Source of the DNA: an uncultured Lachnospiraceae bacterium
Lineage (GTDB): Bacteria; Bacillota; Clostridia; Lachnospirales; Lachnospiraceae
Direction: 5' to 3'
Length of the DNA stretch: 64,000 nt
Assembly (NCBI GenBank): GCA_910577655.1
Contig: CAJTOW010000006.1
Location: 325 to 64,324, forward strand
Made by a program: the position numbers and the translations under genes
In this document: positions 1-9,939 of the stretch, piece by piece
Layout: every line of letters begins with the position of its first letter
Numbering within the stretch: the stretch's first letter is position 1
The notes under the pieces: generated by a model
Seen by the model: the letters and a program-made list of their open reading frames with translations, nothing else
What the model was told of the DNA's origin: nothing
Databases searched by the model: none

Positions 1-777
1 AAGACAGATCCTCCCGGCCGCCGCTGTATCCTCCACAGCCTGGGCAAAGGTGGCGTTCTTTCCCACACATTCAAAATATACATCTGCTCCGGCTCCGCCG
101 GTGGCAGCAAGGAATTTCTCCCGCATATCCGGCTTACGGCTGTCGAAAAACTGCTCCTGGGACAATCCCAGCCCCAGAATAGCCTGCTTCTGGAATTCCT
201 TATTGCCAATAGCCAGAATATTCTCTACTCCGGCTTCTTTAAGGAACATCACCAGCAGCAGGCCGATGGTTCCAAGACCGCAGACAGCTACCGTGTCTGT
301 CCCGGAGAAAGAGAGCCGTCTCATGGCATGTACTGCCACAGCCATAGGCTCCAGCATGGCCGCCTCCTCAAAGGTCACTGTCTTTGGAAGCTCCAGCAGA
401 TTCGCCGCGGGAACCGCCACATATTCCGCAAATCCTCCGTCCCTGCGTGACCCCAGATACCCATAATTCCGGCACATTTCATAAAGCTTTCTCTGACAGG
501 GCAGGCACTGGCCGCAGGGAATCAGCGGAAATACCCCTACTGGTTTTCCTTTCCAGTCACCAGACACCTTTGCACCGGTCTCCGTCACTACCCCGGAGAA
601 TTCGTGTCCTATGACCAGAGGATGCCTATGGGCCCCTGTCTGGAATACTCTGGGGATATCTGAGCCGCAGATGCCTGCTGCCTTCACCTGAACCAGCACC
701 TCATCTTCCCCGATCACCGGCTCCGCCACATCCTCCAGACGAAAATCGCCTATATCATGCAACACCCATGCTTTCAT
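1..777 (-). CDS. Zn-dependent alcohol/polyol-phosphate dehydrogenase (GatD/TarJ-like MDR), 3' end runs off the window
   Basis: Absent from the ORF track; hand translation from ATG 777 gives MKAWVLHDIG...GICGSD...GHEFSG...CGQCLPC (catalytic and structural Zn motifs). Confidence 0.85.
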   Translation of the reverse strand, partial: MKAWVLHDIGDFRLEDVAEPVIGEDEVLVQVKAAGICGSDIPRVFQTGAHRHPLVIGHEFSGVVTETGAKVSGDWKGKPVGVFPLIPCGQCLPCQRKLYEMCRNYGYLGSRRDGGFAEYVAVPAANLLELPKTVTFEEAAMLEPMAVAVHAMRRLSFSGTDTVAVCGLGTIGLLLVMFLKEAGVENILAIGNKEFQKQAILGLGLSQEQFFDSRKPDMREKFLAATGGAGADVYFECVGKNATFAQAVEDTAAAGRICL

Positions 778-803
778 AATATGTCCCCATCCTTTCCCTT
801 TAT

Positions 804-834
804 GCAGCAGTTCAGATCCCCCCTGAACCGTTGC
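804..834. repeat. 31-bp palindromic REP-like repeat, family A
   Basis: GCAGCAGTTCAG-N7-CTGAACCGTTGC; variant of consensus GTAACAGTTCAG-N7-CTGAACTGTTAC. Confidence 0.75.
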
Positions 835-838
835 ACCT

Positions 839-1531
839 TTATGATCCCAGAATCTGCCGGAACCGCTCCAGATCATTCCGGGTGGTGATCTTGAAATTCC
901 CCTCATCCCCCGGTATCATAGCCATATCCATCCCTGCCAGGATGGCAGGCTCTGTGGAACCATTGATCTGGAGAATCCGCTCCGGCAGAAGCTGTCGGTT
1001 GGCCTCCAGATATTTGCCCAGCAGAAATACTTCCGGCGCCTGACCGGCAAATATCTCATTCCGCTTCAGCAGGGATGTGACCCGCTTCCCGTCAGTACTC
1101 AGATACACCGTGTCCTTCATGGGAAGCACCGGCACCACCCCGTCATGTCCCTCCACAGCTGCCAGACAGTCGGAAATCTGCCGGACAGACAGCAGGGGAC
1201 GGGCGGCATCATGAACAAATACCCTGTCTGGGTCAGCGGCATACTTCTGTATATCCTCCAGCCCATGGAGAATGGATAGCTGCCGGTTCTCTCCCGGAGC
1301 CGAAAAACCACGGAATTTGCCCATTGGATCCGCGGATTCAAGCCAGAAACCGATCTGCCCCCTCCATGCAGGATCCGCCACGATCTGGATAGCGTCAATC
1401 TCCTCATGGACAGATAAGGTCTCTATGGAGTAGCAGATCACCGGCCTGCCCCCCACCTCCAGATATTGCTTGGGAGTCTCTGATCCCAGCCTTAAGCCTG
1501 TCCCTCCGGACAGAATCAGCGCAATATTCAT
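839..1531 (-). CDS. IspD/TarI-family cytidylyltransferase
   Basis: LSGGTGLRLG..PKQY, HDAARP, QAPEVF and NFKITT motifs. Confidence 0.9.
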   Translation of the reverse strand: MNIALILSGGTGLRLGSETPKQYLEVGGRPVICYSIETLSVHEEIDAIQIVADPAWRGQIGFWLESADPMGKFRGFSAPGENRQLSILHGLEDIQKYAADPDRVFVHDAARPLLSVRQISDCLAAVEGHDGVVPVLPMKDTVYLSTDGKRVTSLLKRNEIFAGQAPEVFLLGKYLEANRQLLPERILQINGSTEPAILAGMDMAMIPGDEGNFKITTRNDLERFRQILGS

Positions 1532-1593
1532 ATCCTGATCCTCGATTCGTCAACTATGTGAAATTCTTTCTCCGGAACGTGCCTGCCGGCAAT

Positions 1594-1624
1594 GTAACAG
1601 TTCCGATACCTCCTGAACCGTTAC
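1594..1624. repeat. 31-bp palindromic repeat, family A
   Basis: GTAACAGTTCCG-N7-CTGAACCGTTAC. Confidence 0.8.
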
Positions 1625-1638
1625 ATCTGCTGCTCCAT

Positions 1639-2301
1639 TCAGAAAACAAGATTGCGGATGTTCTGGAGAGTAGGACCATAAGGTCTGCCCTTGCCAAACA
1701 GCAGATTTGCCCCGATCACAAAGCCCTTGACCCCTTTTGGGCCATACTCCATGATCTTGTCCGCCCCGCAGGCTCCATCCCAGTATATCTCAAAATCCAT
1801 GTCCTCCTTGATAGCCAGAAGTCTGGTGATCTTCTTCCCTACATAGGGAAGATACATCTGTCCTGCGTTGCCTGGATTCACCGACATTACAAGAACCTTT
1901 TTCACGATCCGCAGCATCTCCATGACTGTCTCCACAGAGGTTCCCGGATTGATCGCTATCCCCGGAATCATATCAGCGTCAATAATCTGCTGCAGTGTCG
2001 TGGAGGGGTGGTACTCTGCCTCGGGATGGATGTATACAGTATCCCCTTTGCGCAGCTTCTCCAGAAACAGCCCGATCCTGTTGTTAGGATGCTCAATCAT
2101 CAGGTGAACATCCAGCGGTCTGGAAGCTGCACCTGCTATGTACTTCATATCGTTAAGGGACATGGCAAAATTCGGCACATACCGCCCATCCATAATATCT
2201 ATATGGAAGGAATCTATGCCGCCTTCCTCCAGCGCCTGCACTTCCTTCTCCAGACTGCCATAGTCGGCTGACATCATGGAGGCCATCAATTCAAAATCCA
2301 T
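1639..2301 (-). CDS. rpe: Ribulose-phosphate 3-epimerase family protein
   Basis: HIDIMDG.YVPN, DVHLM, MSVNPG and WDG motifs. Confidence 0.85.
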   Translation of the reverse strand: MDFELMASMMSADYGSLEKEVQALEEGGIDSFHIDIMDGRYVPNFAMSLNDMKYIAGAASRPLDVHLMIEHPNNRIGLFLEKLRKGDTVYIHPEAEYHPSTTLQQIIDADMIPGIAINPGTSVETVMEMLRIVKKVLVMSVNPGNAGQMYLPYVGKKITRLLAIKEDMDFEIYWDGACGADKIMEYGPKGVKGFVIGANLLFGKGRPYGPTLQNIRNLVF

Positions 2302-2525
2302 AATAAAAACTCCTTTTCTTCATAACTCACAACTGATGATACCATATCTGCCGAAAATACACAATCAAAAAGTGTTGCCGTCCAGGGGGAGAACGGTTTG
2401 TTCGCAACAGCTCAGGCCCTCCTGAACCGTTTCGTTTGTCAGTGTACACGGGACGCGTCTTCTTGTCCGCCTGCACCAGTCAGGAAGCACCTGACATCCG
2501 CCTGATGACACAATCGATACTTCTT

Positions 2526-2606
2526 GGGCGTGTCTGAAAATTCATTCCCGGCATCTCCTCAAACTGTGACTCACATCTGCCAGAAAGCAATTTTCAGACA
2601 CACTCT
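2526..2606. mobile_element. MITE-like element, family D
   Basis: Terminal inverted repeats GTGTCTGAAAATT / AATTTTCAGACAC; related copies at 42582-42690 and 59508-59590, half copy at ~6715-6738. Confidence 0.75.
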
Positions 2607-2614
2607 TGTCCAGG

Positions 2615-2643
2615 TTGACAAGTTCTCCCTTTTGCTTTAGAAT
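2615..2643 (+). promoter_or_regulatory. Sigma-A promoter for the NhaC gene
   Basis: TTGACA-17bp-TAGAAT. Confidence 0.65.
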
Positions 2644-2674
2644 TAGACAAATACAAATGCCGGGAGGTACTATT

Positions 2675-3994
2675 ATGACAGCCGAACTCACCGCGCTGGG
2701 ACTTTTTCTGACCGGGCTGGTGCTCTGTATCGTCAGCGGGGCCCATCTGCTGTATGCCCTTTTATTCGGAATGGTCTGTTTCAGCATCTACAGCATCTAC
2801 AAGGGGAATTCTCTTAAAAGTACCTGCCTGATGCTGAAAGAGGGTATGGCGAAAATAACCAACATTCTCCTCATCTTTCTCTTCATCGGTTCCCTGACAG
2901 CAAGCTGGAGGATCTGCGGCACGATTCCATTTATCCTGCGTCATTCTATCCGGTTTATCCAGCCCCGTTTTTTCGTCCTCTGCACCTTTTTGCTGTGTTC
3001 GGTCATGTCCTTTCTCACAGGAACCTCCTTTGGGACCTTCAGCACCATGGGCGTCATCTGCATGCTTATCGGACGGACGGCAGGAGTCAGCCCGCTGCTC
3101 CTGGGAGGTGCCATCCTCTCTGGCAGCTACTTCGGCGACCGGTGCTCGCCTATGTCCTCCAGCGCCCAGCTGGTCTGCTCTGTCACAAAGACTGACATTT
3201 ATTCCAATATCCGCCATATGATGCGGTCCGCTCTTGTGCCCTTTCTTCTAAGCTGTGTTTTGTATACCCTTTTTGCAGGCAGCCATATCACACCACCGGA
3301 CACATCCTCTGCGGCCCTGTTTGAAGAATATTTCTCCCTGCACTGGAGTGTCTGTCTTCCTGCGGTGCTGATCCTCCTTCTCTCCCTGCTTCATGTGAAG
3401 GTACTGTGGGCCATGTCTGCCAGTGTCCTGACGGCTGTGTTCCTGGCTATCTTCCTTCAGGGAGCTGCTCCGGCAGAACTCCTTGTCTCCCTGTATCAGG
3501 GCTACCATGCCCCGGAGGGAAGTGAGCTTGCCGCAGTCCTCAATGGCGGTGGTATCTCCTCCATGGTACATGCCGGGATCATTGTGCTTATCTCTTCCTC
3601 CTATTCCGGCATTTTCTCCCATACGCCTCTCCTGGCGCCGGTAAAGAGGATCCTGGAGAGCCAGTCTCTGCGCCTTGGGGCTTTTGGAACCACGACCCTG
3701 GCAGCGCTTCTATCCTGCGCTGTCAGCTGCAATCAGAGTCTGGGAACCATTCTCACCTGCCAGCTCTGCCAGGATCTCTATTCCCGGAGAGAGGATCTTG
3801 CCCTGGCTCTTGAGGATACGGCTATTGTTCTGGCCGCCCTGATCCCCTGGGGGATAGCCGGCGCCGTCCCTTTAGTCACCCTGGGAGCACCTATGGCCTC
3901 CATGGCTATGTCCTTCTATCTGTGGTTGATCCCGGTATGGCGGCTGGTATGGGAGCTGTGGCACATAAAAAGAGCCAGATATCAAAATACCTGA
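2675..3994 (+). CDS. Na+/H+ antiporter NhaC family membrane protein
   Basis: Multi-TM protein with TGTSFGT, GSYFGDRCSPMSSS and LIPW motifs; start moved to ATG 2675 after GGAGG. Confidence 0.85.
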   Translation: MTAELTALGLFLTGLVLCIVSGAHLLYALLFGMVCFSIYSIYKGNSLKSTCLMLKEGMAKITNILLIFLFIGSLTASWRICGTIPFILRHSIRFIQPRFFVLCTFLLCSVMSFLTGTSFGTFSTMGVICMLIGRTAGVSPLLLGGAILSGSYFGDRCSPMSSSAQLVCSVTKTDIYSNIRHMMRSALVPFLLSCVLYTLFAGSHITPPDTSSAALFEEYFSLHWSVCLPAVLILLLSLLHVKVLWAMSASVLTAVFLAIFLQGAAPAELLVSLYQGYHAPEGSELAAVLNGGGISSMVHAGIIVLISSSYSGIFSHTPLLAPVKRILESQSLRLGAFGTTTLAALLSCAVSCNQSLGTILTCQLCQDLYSRREDLALALEDTAIVLAALIPWGIAGAVPLVTLGAPMASMAMSFYLWLIPVWRLVWELWHIKRARYQNT

Positions 3995-4003
3995 CTCCTT
4001 TAA

Positions 4004-4034
4004 GTAACCGTTCAGATACACCCTGAACGGTTAC
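4004..4034. repeat. 31-bp palindromic repeat, family A
   Basis: GTAACCGTTCAG-N7-CTGAACGGTTAC (compensatory pair), between convergent genes. Confidence 0.85.
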
Positions 4035-4089
4035 TCCTCTGATACAATCAATATAGTGACTGGTAAATCGTGTCTGCCGCCATCCTTTG

Positions 4090-4287
4090 TCACATAATAT
4101 CCGGTTCCAGCGGAATGATCACCGCTGCCAGCAGATAAGCCAGAAAGCCGGTTCCCGAACAGGCCAAAACCGCCCACACCAGGCGGATCAGGGTAGGATC
4201 CACATTCAGATAATCCCCGATCCCTCCGCACACCCCACACAGCATCCGATCACGATTAGAACGATACAACTTCTTACTCATATCCAT
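4090..4287 (-). CDS. PspC domain protein
   Basis: KKLYRS..DRMLCGVCGGIGDYLNVDPTLIRL signature; AAGGAGG before ATG 4287. Confidence 0.9.
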   Translation of the reverse strand: MDMSKKLYRSNRDRMLCGVCGGIGDYLNVDPTLIRLVWAVLACSGTGFLAYLLAAVIIPLEPDIM

Positions 4288-4367
4288 AATTACCTCCTTA
4301 TTGTACATGATTTATTGGACATCTGGTCTGCCCTGTGGGCGCACCTCCTTATTGTCCCCGCCAGACT

Positions 4368-5462
4368 TCATGTCAACGGCTCCTGAAAATCCACTATGAT
4401 AATACCTGCATTACATTCCAGATCCACCTTACGTCCGGTCTTATGATCCAGGTGCTTCTCCATATCCAGCCCCTGGTAACGCTTCGTCTCCTGGTCATTG
4501 ATCACGATGCTTCCAAGACTGCATTCCAGATCATAATCATACAGTTCCTCCTCCCCGGCCAGCCTGATGGCTGCCGTTCCGGCATCACATTCCACAGAAG
4601 CCTTCTCTGATACAATCGCCCGACAGCCACTTTTCCCGGCAGCGCATTCCAGATCCAGAGCCCGGACACTTCCGCCGTAGACCATGGTTGTACCGGCACT
4701 GGTCTCAAGGGACAGCTTATCCGCATAGATCCGTTCTGCCTGGAAGCTTCCGCCCTCATTCTCAATCTTCACCTCGTCAAATACCCAGGTGGCAGGCACA
4801 TAGAGAACCAGATCCTCTGCCTTGCCCCTGGTGCTGTAGTGAAAGCCCTTTAGCTTCACCTCCAGACTCTCACCCTTCTGGATAATCTGGTATGTCCGCT
4901 CCTGATTTCCTTTGCACCAGATCCAGATCTGTCCGGGATCCAGCTTCTCCCATTCCCGTAATTCTACATGATTGCCGGAAAGATCCACCTCCAGCTTGCG
5001 GATATCCCTATAGACGCTTCCGTCCTCTGTGGACAGCTCCGGACTGCCTGGAAATACGCCTTCCTTCAGCCATGTCTCCTCATCCGGCAGTTCCGAATCT
5101 ATGGAAAGTTCCATATCCGAAGGCACCTGGCCTTCTATGTACAGCTTTTCCTCCATAAGGGGGCTGCCATTGTCCGGCCCCTCTCCTTCCATAGACGAAT
5201 CTGCTTCCAGAGGCACCTCAACTTCCTTAGGCAGCTGAACTTCTGTCCCCGCACCTGCCCCGGGCCGCAGCGGGTCCTGTTCCCAGCTGGCCTTGAACCT
5301 GTTTTCCCATTGATCTTCCCATGCCTGACCTCCTGCCAACAGCGACCGGATACCATCGACACCATGGTTACCACCCATGACCGCTCCTGCGGTCATAGTC
5401 CCGATCCCCAGAAGGCAACAGATAATGCCGCAGACCAGCAGCCATTTGATCAGTCTCTTCAT
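4368..5462 (-). CDS. DUF4097 (beta-strand repeat, putative adhesin) family protein
   Basis: N-terminal TM, acidic linker, repeated L.LE.xAG/xLG beta units; start overlaps the upstream stop. Confidence 0.7.
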   Translation of the reverse strand: MKRLIKWLLVCGIICCLLGIGTMTAGAVMGGNHGVDGIRSLLAGGQAWEDQWENRFKASWEQDPLRPGAGAGTEVQLPKEVEVPLEADSSMEGEGPDNGSPLMEEKLYIEGQVPSDMELSIDSELPDEETWLKEGVFPGSPELSTEDGSVYRDIRKLEVDLSGNHVELREWEKLDPGQIWIWCKGNQERTYQIIQKGESLEVKLKGFHYSTRGKAEDLVLYVPATWVFDEVKIENEGGSFQAERIYADKLSLETSAGTTMVYGGSVRALDLECAAGKSGCRAIVSEKASVECDAGTAAIRLAGEEELYDYDLECSLGSIVINDQETKRYQGLDMEKHLDHKTGRKVDLECNAGIIIVDFQEPLT

Positions 5463-6256
5463 GCCCTTGTCCTCCTTCCTCTGTGCAGCATCCTGCCCAG
5501 ACAGTCTGTTGCCCTGCCAATACACTTAGGAATCAGGATCCCATAAAGCAGGATAGACAAGACGATCCCCAAAAATCCCAGTCCCAGAAGCAGGAGCCCG
5601 CCGCCCAGCAGCAGCACGCCGCCCCACCAGTTGACAAACAGAAGACCAAAGCCGGACACCAGGGCACACACAGCCCCGATACAGACTACTACAGTCAGCA
5701 CACCCACCAGAATCACAGCCAGAAAAGCAAGAGCAAATATACCTGCCGTGATCCCGGACATGGTTTTCCCAAGTCCCAGAAGGAAGGGCATAGCCAGGAG
5801 CACCAAAACAATCAGAAGAAATGCCCTCCGGCGTCTGCCCCACTCATCCTTCCTCTGCCCCATGGTTCCTCCCCTCCTTCCAAAAAAACGCTCCCAGCAG
5901 GAAGAACCTGATCTGGCTTTTCCGGATCCTCCCTGATCCTTCTGTCCCTGTTCTGCCTCGGCTCGCTCAGGAAGCTCCAGCTTCCGGGCCACCTGATACC
6001 GTGGGTCCCGGAACCGCTCATCCTGATACCCGCTGTCTGTGAAACCGCCTCCTTCTTCTAGATCCCCGGCCAGATCGGTACGGATGATAGCTGCCACCCG
6101 CTCCGGACTCCCGAACTCACGGAGGGCTTCCTCCTCCTGCTCCTCACCTGCCTCCTCCAGATAATCCTGATAGTAGGCAATCGCGTCCCGCTTCTCCTCC
6201 TCCGGAATATCCTGGAGCAGATATTCCAGCTCTTTCAAAAATTCCTCTGCCCTCAT
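5459..6256 (-). CDS. DUF1700 (HAAS) domain membrane protein
   Basis: EFLKELEYLL..IP.EE..DAIAYY..Y...GSP..VA N-terminus plus C-terminal TMs. Confidence 0.85.
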   Translation of the reverse strand: MRAEEFLKELEYLLQDIPEEEKRDAIAYYQDYLEEAGEEQEEEALREFGSPERVAAIIRTDLAGDLEEGGGFTDSGYQDERFRDPRYQVARKLELPERAEAEQGQKDQGGSGKARSGSSCWERFFGRRGGTMGQRKDEWGRRRRAFLLIVLVLLAMPFLLGLGKTMSGITAGIFALAFLAVILVGVLTVVVCIGAVCALVSGFGLLFVNWWGGVLLLGGGLLLLGLGFLGIVLSILLYGILIPKCIGRATDCLGRMLHRGRRTRA

Positions 6257-6573
6257 CTGTCTGCCTCCTCAAGTATACTGGAAATTTTGCCTGCATAGAC
6301 ACCCCACTCCCCGCGGTACAGGTTGAGCTGGACTCTCCCGCTCTCCGTAATCCTGTAATACCGCCGGTTCCTTCCATCGATCGCCACGTCATAGGTCTCC
6401 AGGCATGCCTCCTTCTGAAGCCTGCGCAGCACCGGATACAGCGTTGATTCCGAAATGTCGATCACATTCCGGATATCCTGGGTAATCTTATATCCATACG
6501 TTCCCTTCTGCTCCCTGGACACCACCGCAAGTACGATCGCATCCAGTAGGGCTGCTCCTGTGTTAAATACCAT
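6253..6573 (-). CDS. PadR family transcriptional regulator
   Basis: YGYKI, ESTLYPVLRRL and RRYYRIT motifs. Confidence 0.92.
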   Translation of the reverse strand: MVFNTGAALLDAIVLAVVSREQKGTYGYKITQDIRNVIDISESTLYPVLRRLQKEACLETYDVAIDGRNRRYYRITESGRVQLNLYRGEWGVYAGKISSILEEADR

Positions 6574-6638
6574 ACTCTCACTCCATTCTGGCCGGTATCC
6601 GCTATGTATTTCATAATCAATATTGCCTTACGAATCGT

Positions 6639-6667
6639 ATTATACAGCATATAATATAGTATGTCAA
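6639..6667 (-). promoter_or_regulatory. Consensus sigma-A promoter of the PadR operon, overlapped by an ATACTATATT direct repeat (candidate operator)
   Basis: TTGACA-17bp-TATAAT on the minus strand. Confidence 0.8.
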
Positions 6668-6987
6668 TATAGTATTATATAGAAAACAAATCCAAGTAAT
6701 AAACAGTCCCAAATAATGAATTTTCAGACACACTCTAGAGCCATTCCGATGTATGATCCCCATACCTCTCCTTATAGCGCACCAGCACACCTCTTGTCAT
6801 CCCCAGAGTCAAGGGCAGGGGCACGATCCCGGTTACCGGGGTGGTGACCGTTGGACCGATGTCAATACTGTGTCATTGCAGCTCACGGGCCGTGGAAAAA
6901 GTCGCGGCTGCCTGCGGGAAACTGACGTAAGATCATGCAAATCCCTGATCTTCAAAACCGCAGGACAGACTTTTTTCACAGCCCCTC

Positions 6988-7032
6988 CGCCTGTGGCGGA
7001 TCGCTTCAGCGATATAATTCCTCTCCGCCGCA
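6988..7032 (-). repeat. Structured repeat, family F (second copy 52962-53005)
   Basis: TGCGGCGGAGAGGA..TATCGCTGAAGCGATCCGCC(A/G)CAGGCG is nearly identical in both places. Confidence 0.75.
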
Positions 7033-7087
7033 GTGCGATCCTGCCCAAAGGGCTTTTTACTTTATAGGACTCAATTTCCTATAAAGT

Positions 7088-7118
7088 AAAAAACGGGAAG
7101 TCATATCCTGACTTCCCG
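7088..7118 (-). terminator. Intrinsic terminator downstream of rpsA
   Basis: CGGGAAGTCA/TGACTTCCCG stem followed by a T-run on the minus strand. Confidence 0.75.
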
Positions 7119-7221
7119 CTCATCTTAAATCCTATAATTATCATTCTTTATCTGCAAAACCCCGACTCACCCGGAAATATCATGACTCCAGGTGCTGTGT
7201 CTGACAGACTCATTCGTCCTC

Positions 7222-8346
7222 TTACTCAGCATCCTCTGCTGCCACAGCTTCAATATCCACATCTGCGATATCCAAATCCACCGGAGCCTCCATATGATTC
7301 TGGAGAGCCTTCATGCTGAGGCTGATCTTGCGGTCCTCGCCATTGAAATCAACGACCTTGGCCTCAATCTCCTGACCGATGCTTAAGGCATCTGCCGGTT
7401 TGTCAACATGATCCCTGGAGATCTGGGATACATGAAGCAGGGCATCCACACCAGGCTCCAGCTCTATGAAAGCGCCAAAGTCGGTCATACGGGCTACACG
7501 TCCGCTGACGATGTTACCGGCCGCGTACTTCTCGGCTGCATGGGTCCACGGATTCTGCTCCGGGAACTTAAGGCTCAGGGCAATCTTCTCACCGTTGATA
7601 TCCTTGATCAGGGTAGATACCTGGTCACCGGTATGAAAGACCTTCTTCGGGTTCTCCACGCGCCCCCAGGACATCTCGGAAATATGCAGCAGACCGTCAG
7701 CGCCACCCAGATCAATGAACGCGCCAAAATCGGTTACATTCTTAACGGTACCTTCCACGGTATCGCCTACATGAATGCGCTCAAAAAGAGCCCTCTGCAT
7801 CTCGGCCTTTCTTGCAATCATCAACTGCTTTCTGTCACCGATGACTCTTCTTCTCTTGGGGTTGAACTCGGTGATGACGAACTCAATATCCTGTCCGGCA
7901 TACTTATTCAGATCCCTCTCATAAGTATCGGAAACAAGACTTGCAGGAATAAAGACTCTCGCCTCTTCCACAACCACGCTTAAACCGCCATCCAGCACCT
8001 GGGCTACCTTTGCAGTAAGAACCTCCTGATTGTTGAAGGCATCCTCCAGCCTTTTGTTGCCCTTGTCAGCTGCCAGTCTCTTGTAGGAGAGCGCCACCTG
8101 GCCCTCGCCGTCGTTGACCTTGACAACCTTTGCTTCCATCTCATCGCCTACCTGTACCATACTCTTAAGATCAGCGCTGTTGTCATTGGTGTACTCGTTC
8201 TTCGGGATGATGCCATCTGACTTATACCCGATATTCAGGACGATCTCATCATCCTTCACATCGATAACTTTACCCGTGACGATCTCCCCTGTACGTATAG
8301 TTTTCAATGATTCTTCCAACATTTGTTCAAAACTTAACTCTGACAT
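7222..8346 (-). CDS. rpsA: 30S ribosomal protein S1
   Basis: Four S1 repeats (DFGAFIDLGG.DGLLHISE). Confidence 0.95.
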   Translation of the reverse strand: MSELSFEQMLEESLKTIRTGEIVTGKVIDVKDDEIVLNIGYKSDGIIPKNEYTNDNSADLKSMVQVGDEMEAKVVKVNDGEGQVALSYKRLAADKGNKRLEDAFNNQEVLTAKVAQVLDGGLSVVVEEARVFIPASLVSDTYERDLNKYAGQDIEFVITEFNPKRRRVIGDRKQLMIARKAEMQRALFERIHVGDTVEGTVKNVTDFGAFIDLGGADGLLHISEMSWGRVENPKKVFHTGDQVSTLIKDINGEKIALSLKFPEQNPWTHAAEKYAAGNIVSGRVARMTDFGAFIELEPGVDALLHVSQISRDHVDKPADALSIGQEIEAKVVDFNGEDRKISLSMKALQNHMEAPVDLDIADVDIEAVAAEDAE

Positions 8347-9178
8347 TAGTATGAACCTCCTCGATAATTTGTTTCGGGGTTGATGCCCCTGCTGTAATAC
8401 CTACGCTGCGCACAGAATTCACACATTCAGGATTGAAATCGCCTAGTGTCTGGATAAAGAAAGTATTCTTACATTCCCTCTGGCATATCTCGTAAAGCTT
8501 CTGTGTATTGGAACTATGTCTGCCTCCTATGACGATCATGGCATCCACCTCAGAAGCGATACGCTTAGCTTCCACTTGTCGTTCCTGTGTTGCATTGCAA
8601 ATCGTATTTAAAACAATTATATCATAACCTTTTTTCTTGAATTTTTCAACTAAATCTTGAAATTTATTGTAATTAAATGTCGTCTGGGATACGACGCAGA
8701 GTTTTTCTCCCTGACAAAGGGGCAAATCGTCGATCTGGGAGGCATCTTTCACCACCAGGGTGTCCTCCGCCCCCCATCCCCGGATCCCTTCCACCTCCGG
8801 ATGATCCGGATTTCCGATGATCACCACCCTGCGGCCTTTCTCCTTCTGCTCCGCCACGATCCGGTGAATCTTCTTCACAAAGGGGCAGGTGGCATCCACC
8901 ACGGTGATCCCTTCCCTGTCCAGCAGGTCATAGACATATCTGCCCACTCCATGAGAGCGGATGATCACGGTTCCCTCTTTAAGCTTCTCCAGCTCCTCCA
9001 CCGTTTCCAGGACCTTGACGCCCTTTTCCTCCAGATCCCGCACCACCTCCTCATTGTGGATGATGGGGCCGAAGGTATAGACGGGGCCCCGGGCCTTCTG
9101 GATCTGTTCATACACCTGGTCCACGGCACGCTTCACGCCAAAACAGAATCCGGCTGTCTTCGCTACGATCACTTCCAT
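8327..9178 (-). CDS. ispH: 4-hydroxy-3-methylbut-2-enyl diphosphate reductase
   Basis: GFCFGV, DATCPFV, TICNAT, SSNT and GITAGASTP motifs. Confidence 0.97.
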   Translation of the reverse strand: MEVIVAKTAGFCFGVKRAVDQVYEQIQKARGPVYTFGPIIHNEEVVRDLEEKGVKVLETVEELEKLKEGTVIIRSHGVGRYVYDLLDREGITVVDATCPFVKKIHRIVAEQKEKGRRVVIIGNPDHPEVEGIRGWGAEDTLVVKDASQIDDLPLCQGEKLCVVSQTTFNYNKFQDLVEKFKKKGYDIIVLNTICNATQERQVEAKRIASEVDAMIVIGGRHSSNTQKLYEICQRECKNTFFIQTLGDFNPECVNSVRSVGITAGASTPKQIIEEVHTNVRVKF

Positions 9179-9181
9179 CCT

Positions 9182-9880
9182 TTACTCCACTTTCAGACCA
9201 TGGGAAACTGCCACCTGGATGATCCGGTCTGCCACCTCTTCAATAGTCATCTCTGACCCGTCCACCAGCACCGCGTCCTCTGCCTGTTTCAGGGGAGCAA
9301 TCTTCCGGGTCATATCCCGCTGGTCCCTTTCTATTATATCTTGCTCAATTTCCTGCAAATTACACATTTCACCCTTCTCAACCAGCTCCTTGTACCGGCG
9401 AAGGGCCCGCACTCTGGAAGACGCGGTAAGAAAGATCTTGGCATCTGCGTCCGGAAGGATGCAGGTACCGATGTCCCGTCCGTCCATGATCACGTCCGTA
9501 TAGGCAGCCAGATCCCTCTGCAGATCCAGAAGGTGGGCGCGGACCGCCGGATAAGCGCTGGTGGCCGAAGCCATATTGCCCACCTGCTCGCTGCGAATGA
9601 GGCCTGATACATTCTCCCCATTGAGGATCACCTGCTGGGCACCGTCCTCGTAGCGGATGGTGATCCCGGCAGCCTTCGCCGCCTGGGATATGGCCGCCTC
9701 ATCCTCCGGCCCGATCCCCTGGCGGATGAAATAAAGGGCCATGGCCCGGTACATAGCTCCGGTGTCTACATAGACGAATCCCAGCCGTCTGGCCACCAGT
9801 CTGGCAATGGTACTTTTGCCTGCACCGGCAGGACCGTCAATTGCAATATTATATGATGTTTTCTGCATTTTAATCTCCAT
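9182..9880 (-). CDS. cmk: Cytidylate kinase
   Basis: IAIDGPAGAGKST, DTGAMYR and DGRDIGT motifs. Confidence 0.97.
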   Translation of the reverse strand: MEIKMQKTSYNIAIDGPAGAGKSTIARLVARRLGFVYVDTGAMYRAMALYFIRQGIGPEDEAAISQAAKAAGITIRYEDGAQQVILNGENVSGLIRSEQVGNMASATSAYPAVRAHLLDLQRDLAAYTDVIMDGRDIGTCILPDADAKIFLTASSRVRALRRYKELVEKGEMCNLQEIEQDIIERDQRDMTRKIAPLKQAEDAVLVDGSEMTIEEVADRIIQVAVSHGLKVE

Positions 9881-9939
9881 TCTCTGATTCTGTTCCCGTC
9901 ATGGGCCGGATACCTGTCATACAGAAATATTCCATATGG

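Noticed and set aside
4090..6573. PadR-DUF1700-DUF4097-PspC operon as a novel system
   Set aside because: A common Firmicute envelope-stress arrangement; nothing unusual here.
6740..7067. Short ORFs between padR and rpsA; faint resemblance of one frame to a membrane-protein fragment
   Set aside because: In-frame stops, no SD, and overlap with repeat families D and F; not supportable.
7222..9178. ispH/rpsA overlap as a frameshifted IspH-S1 fusion
   Set aside because: rpsA has its own GAGGAGG SD and ATG, and both proteins are full length.
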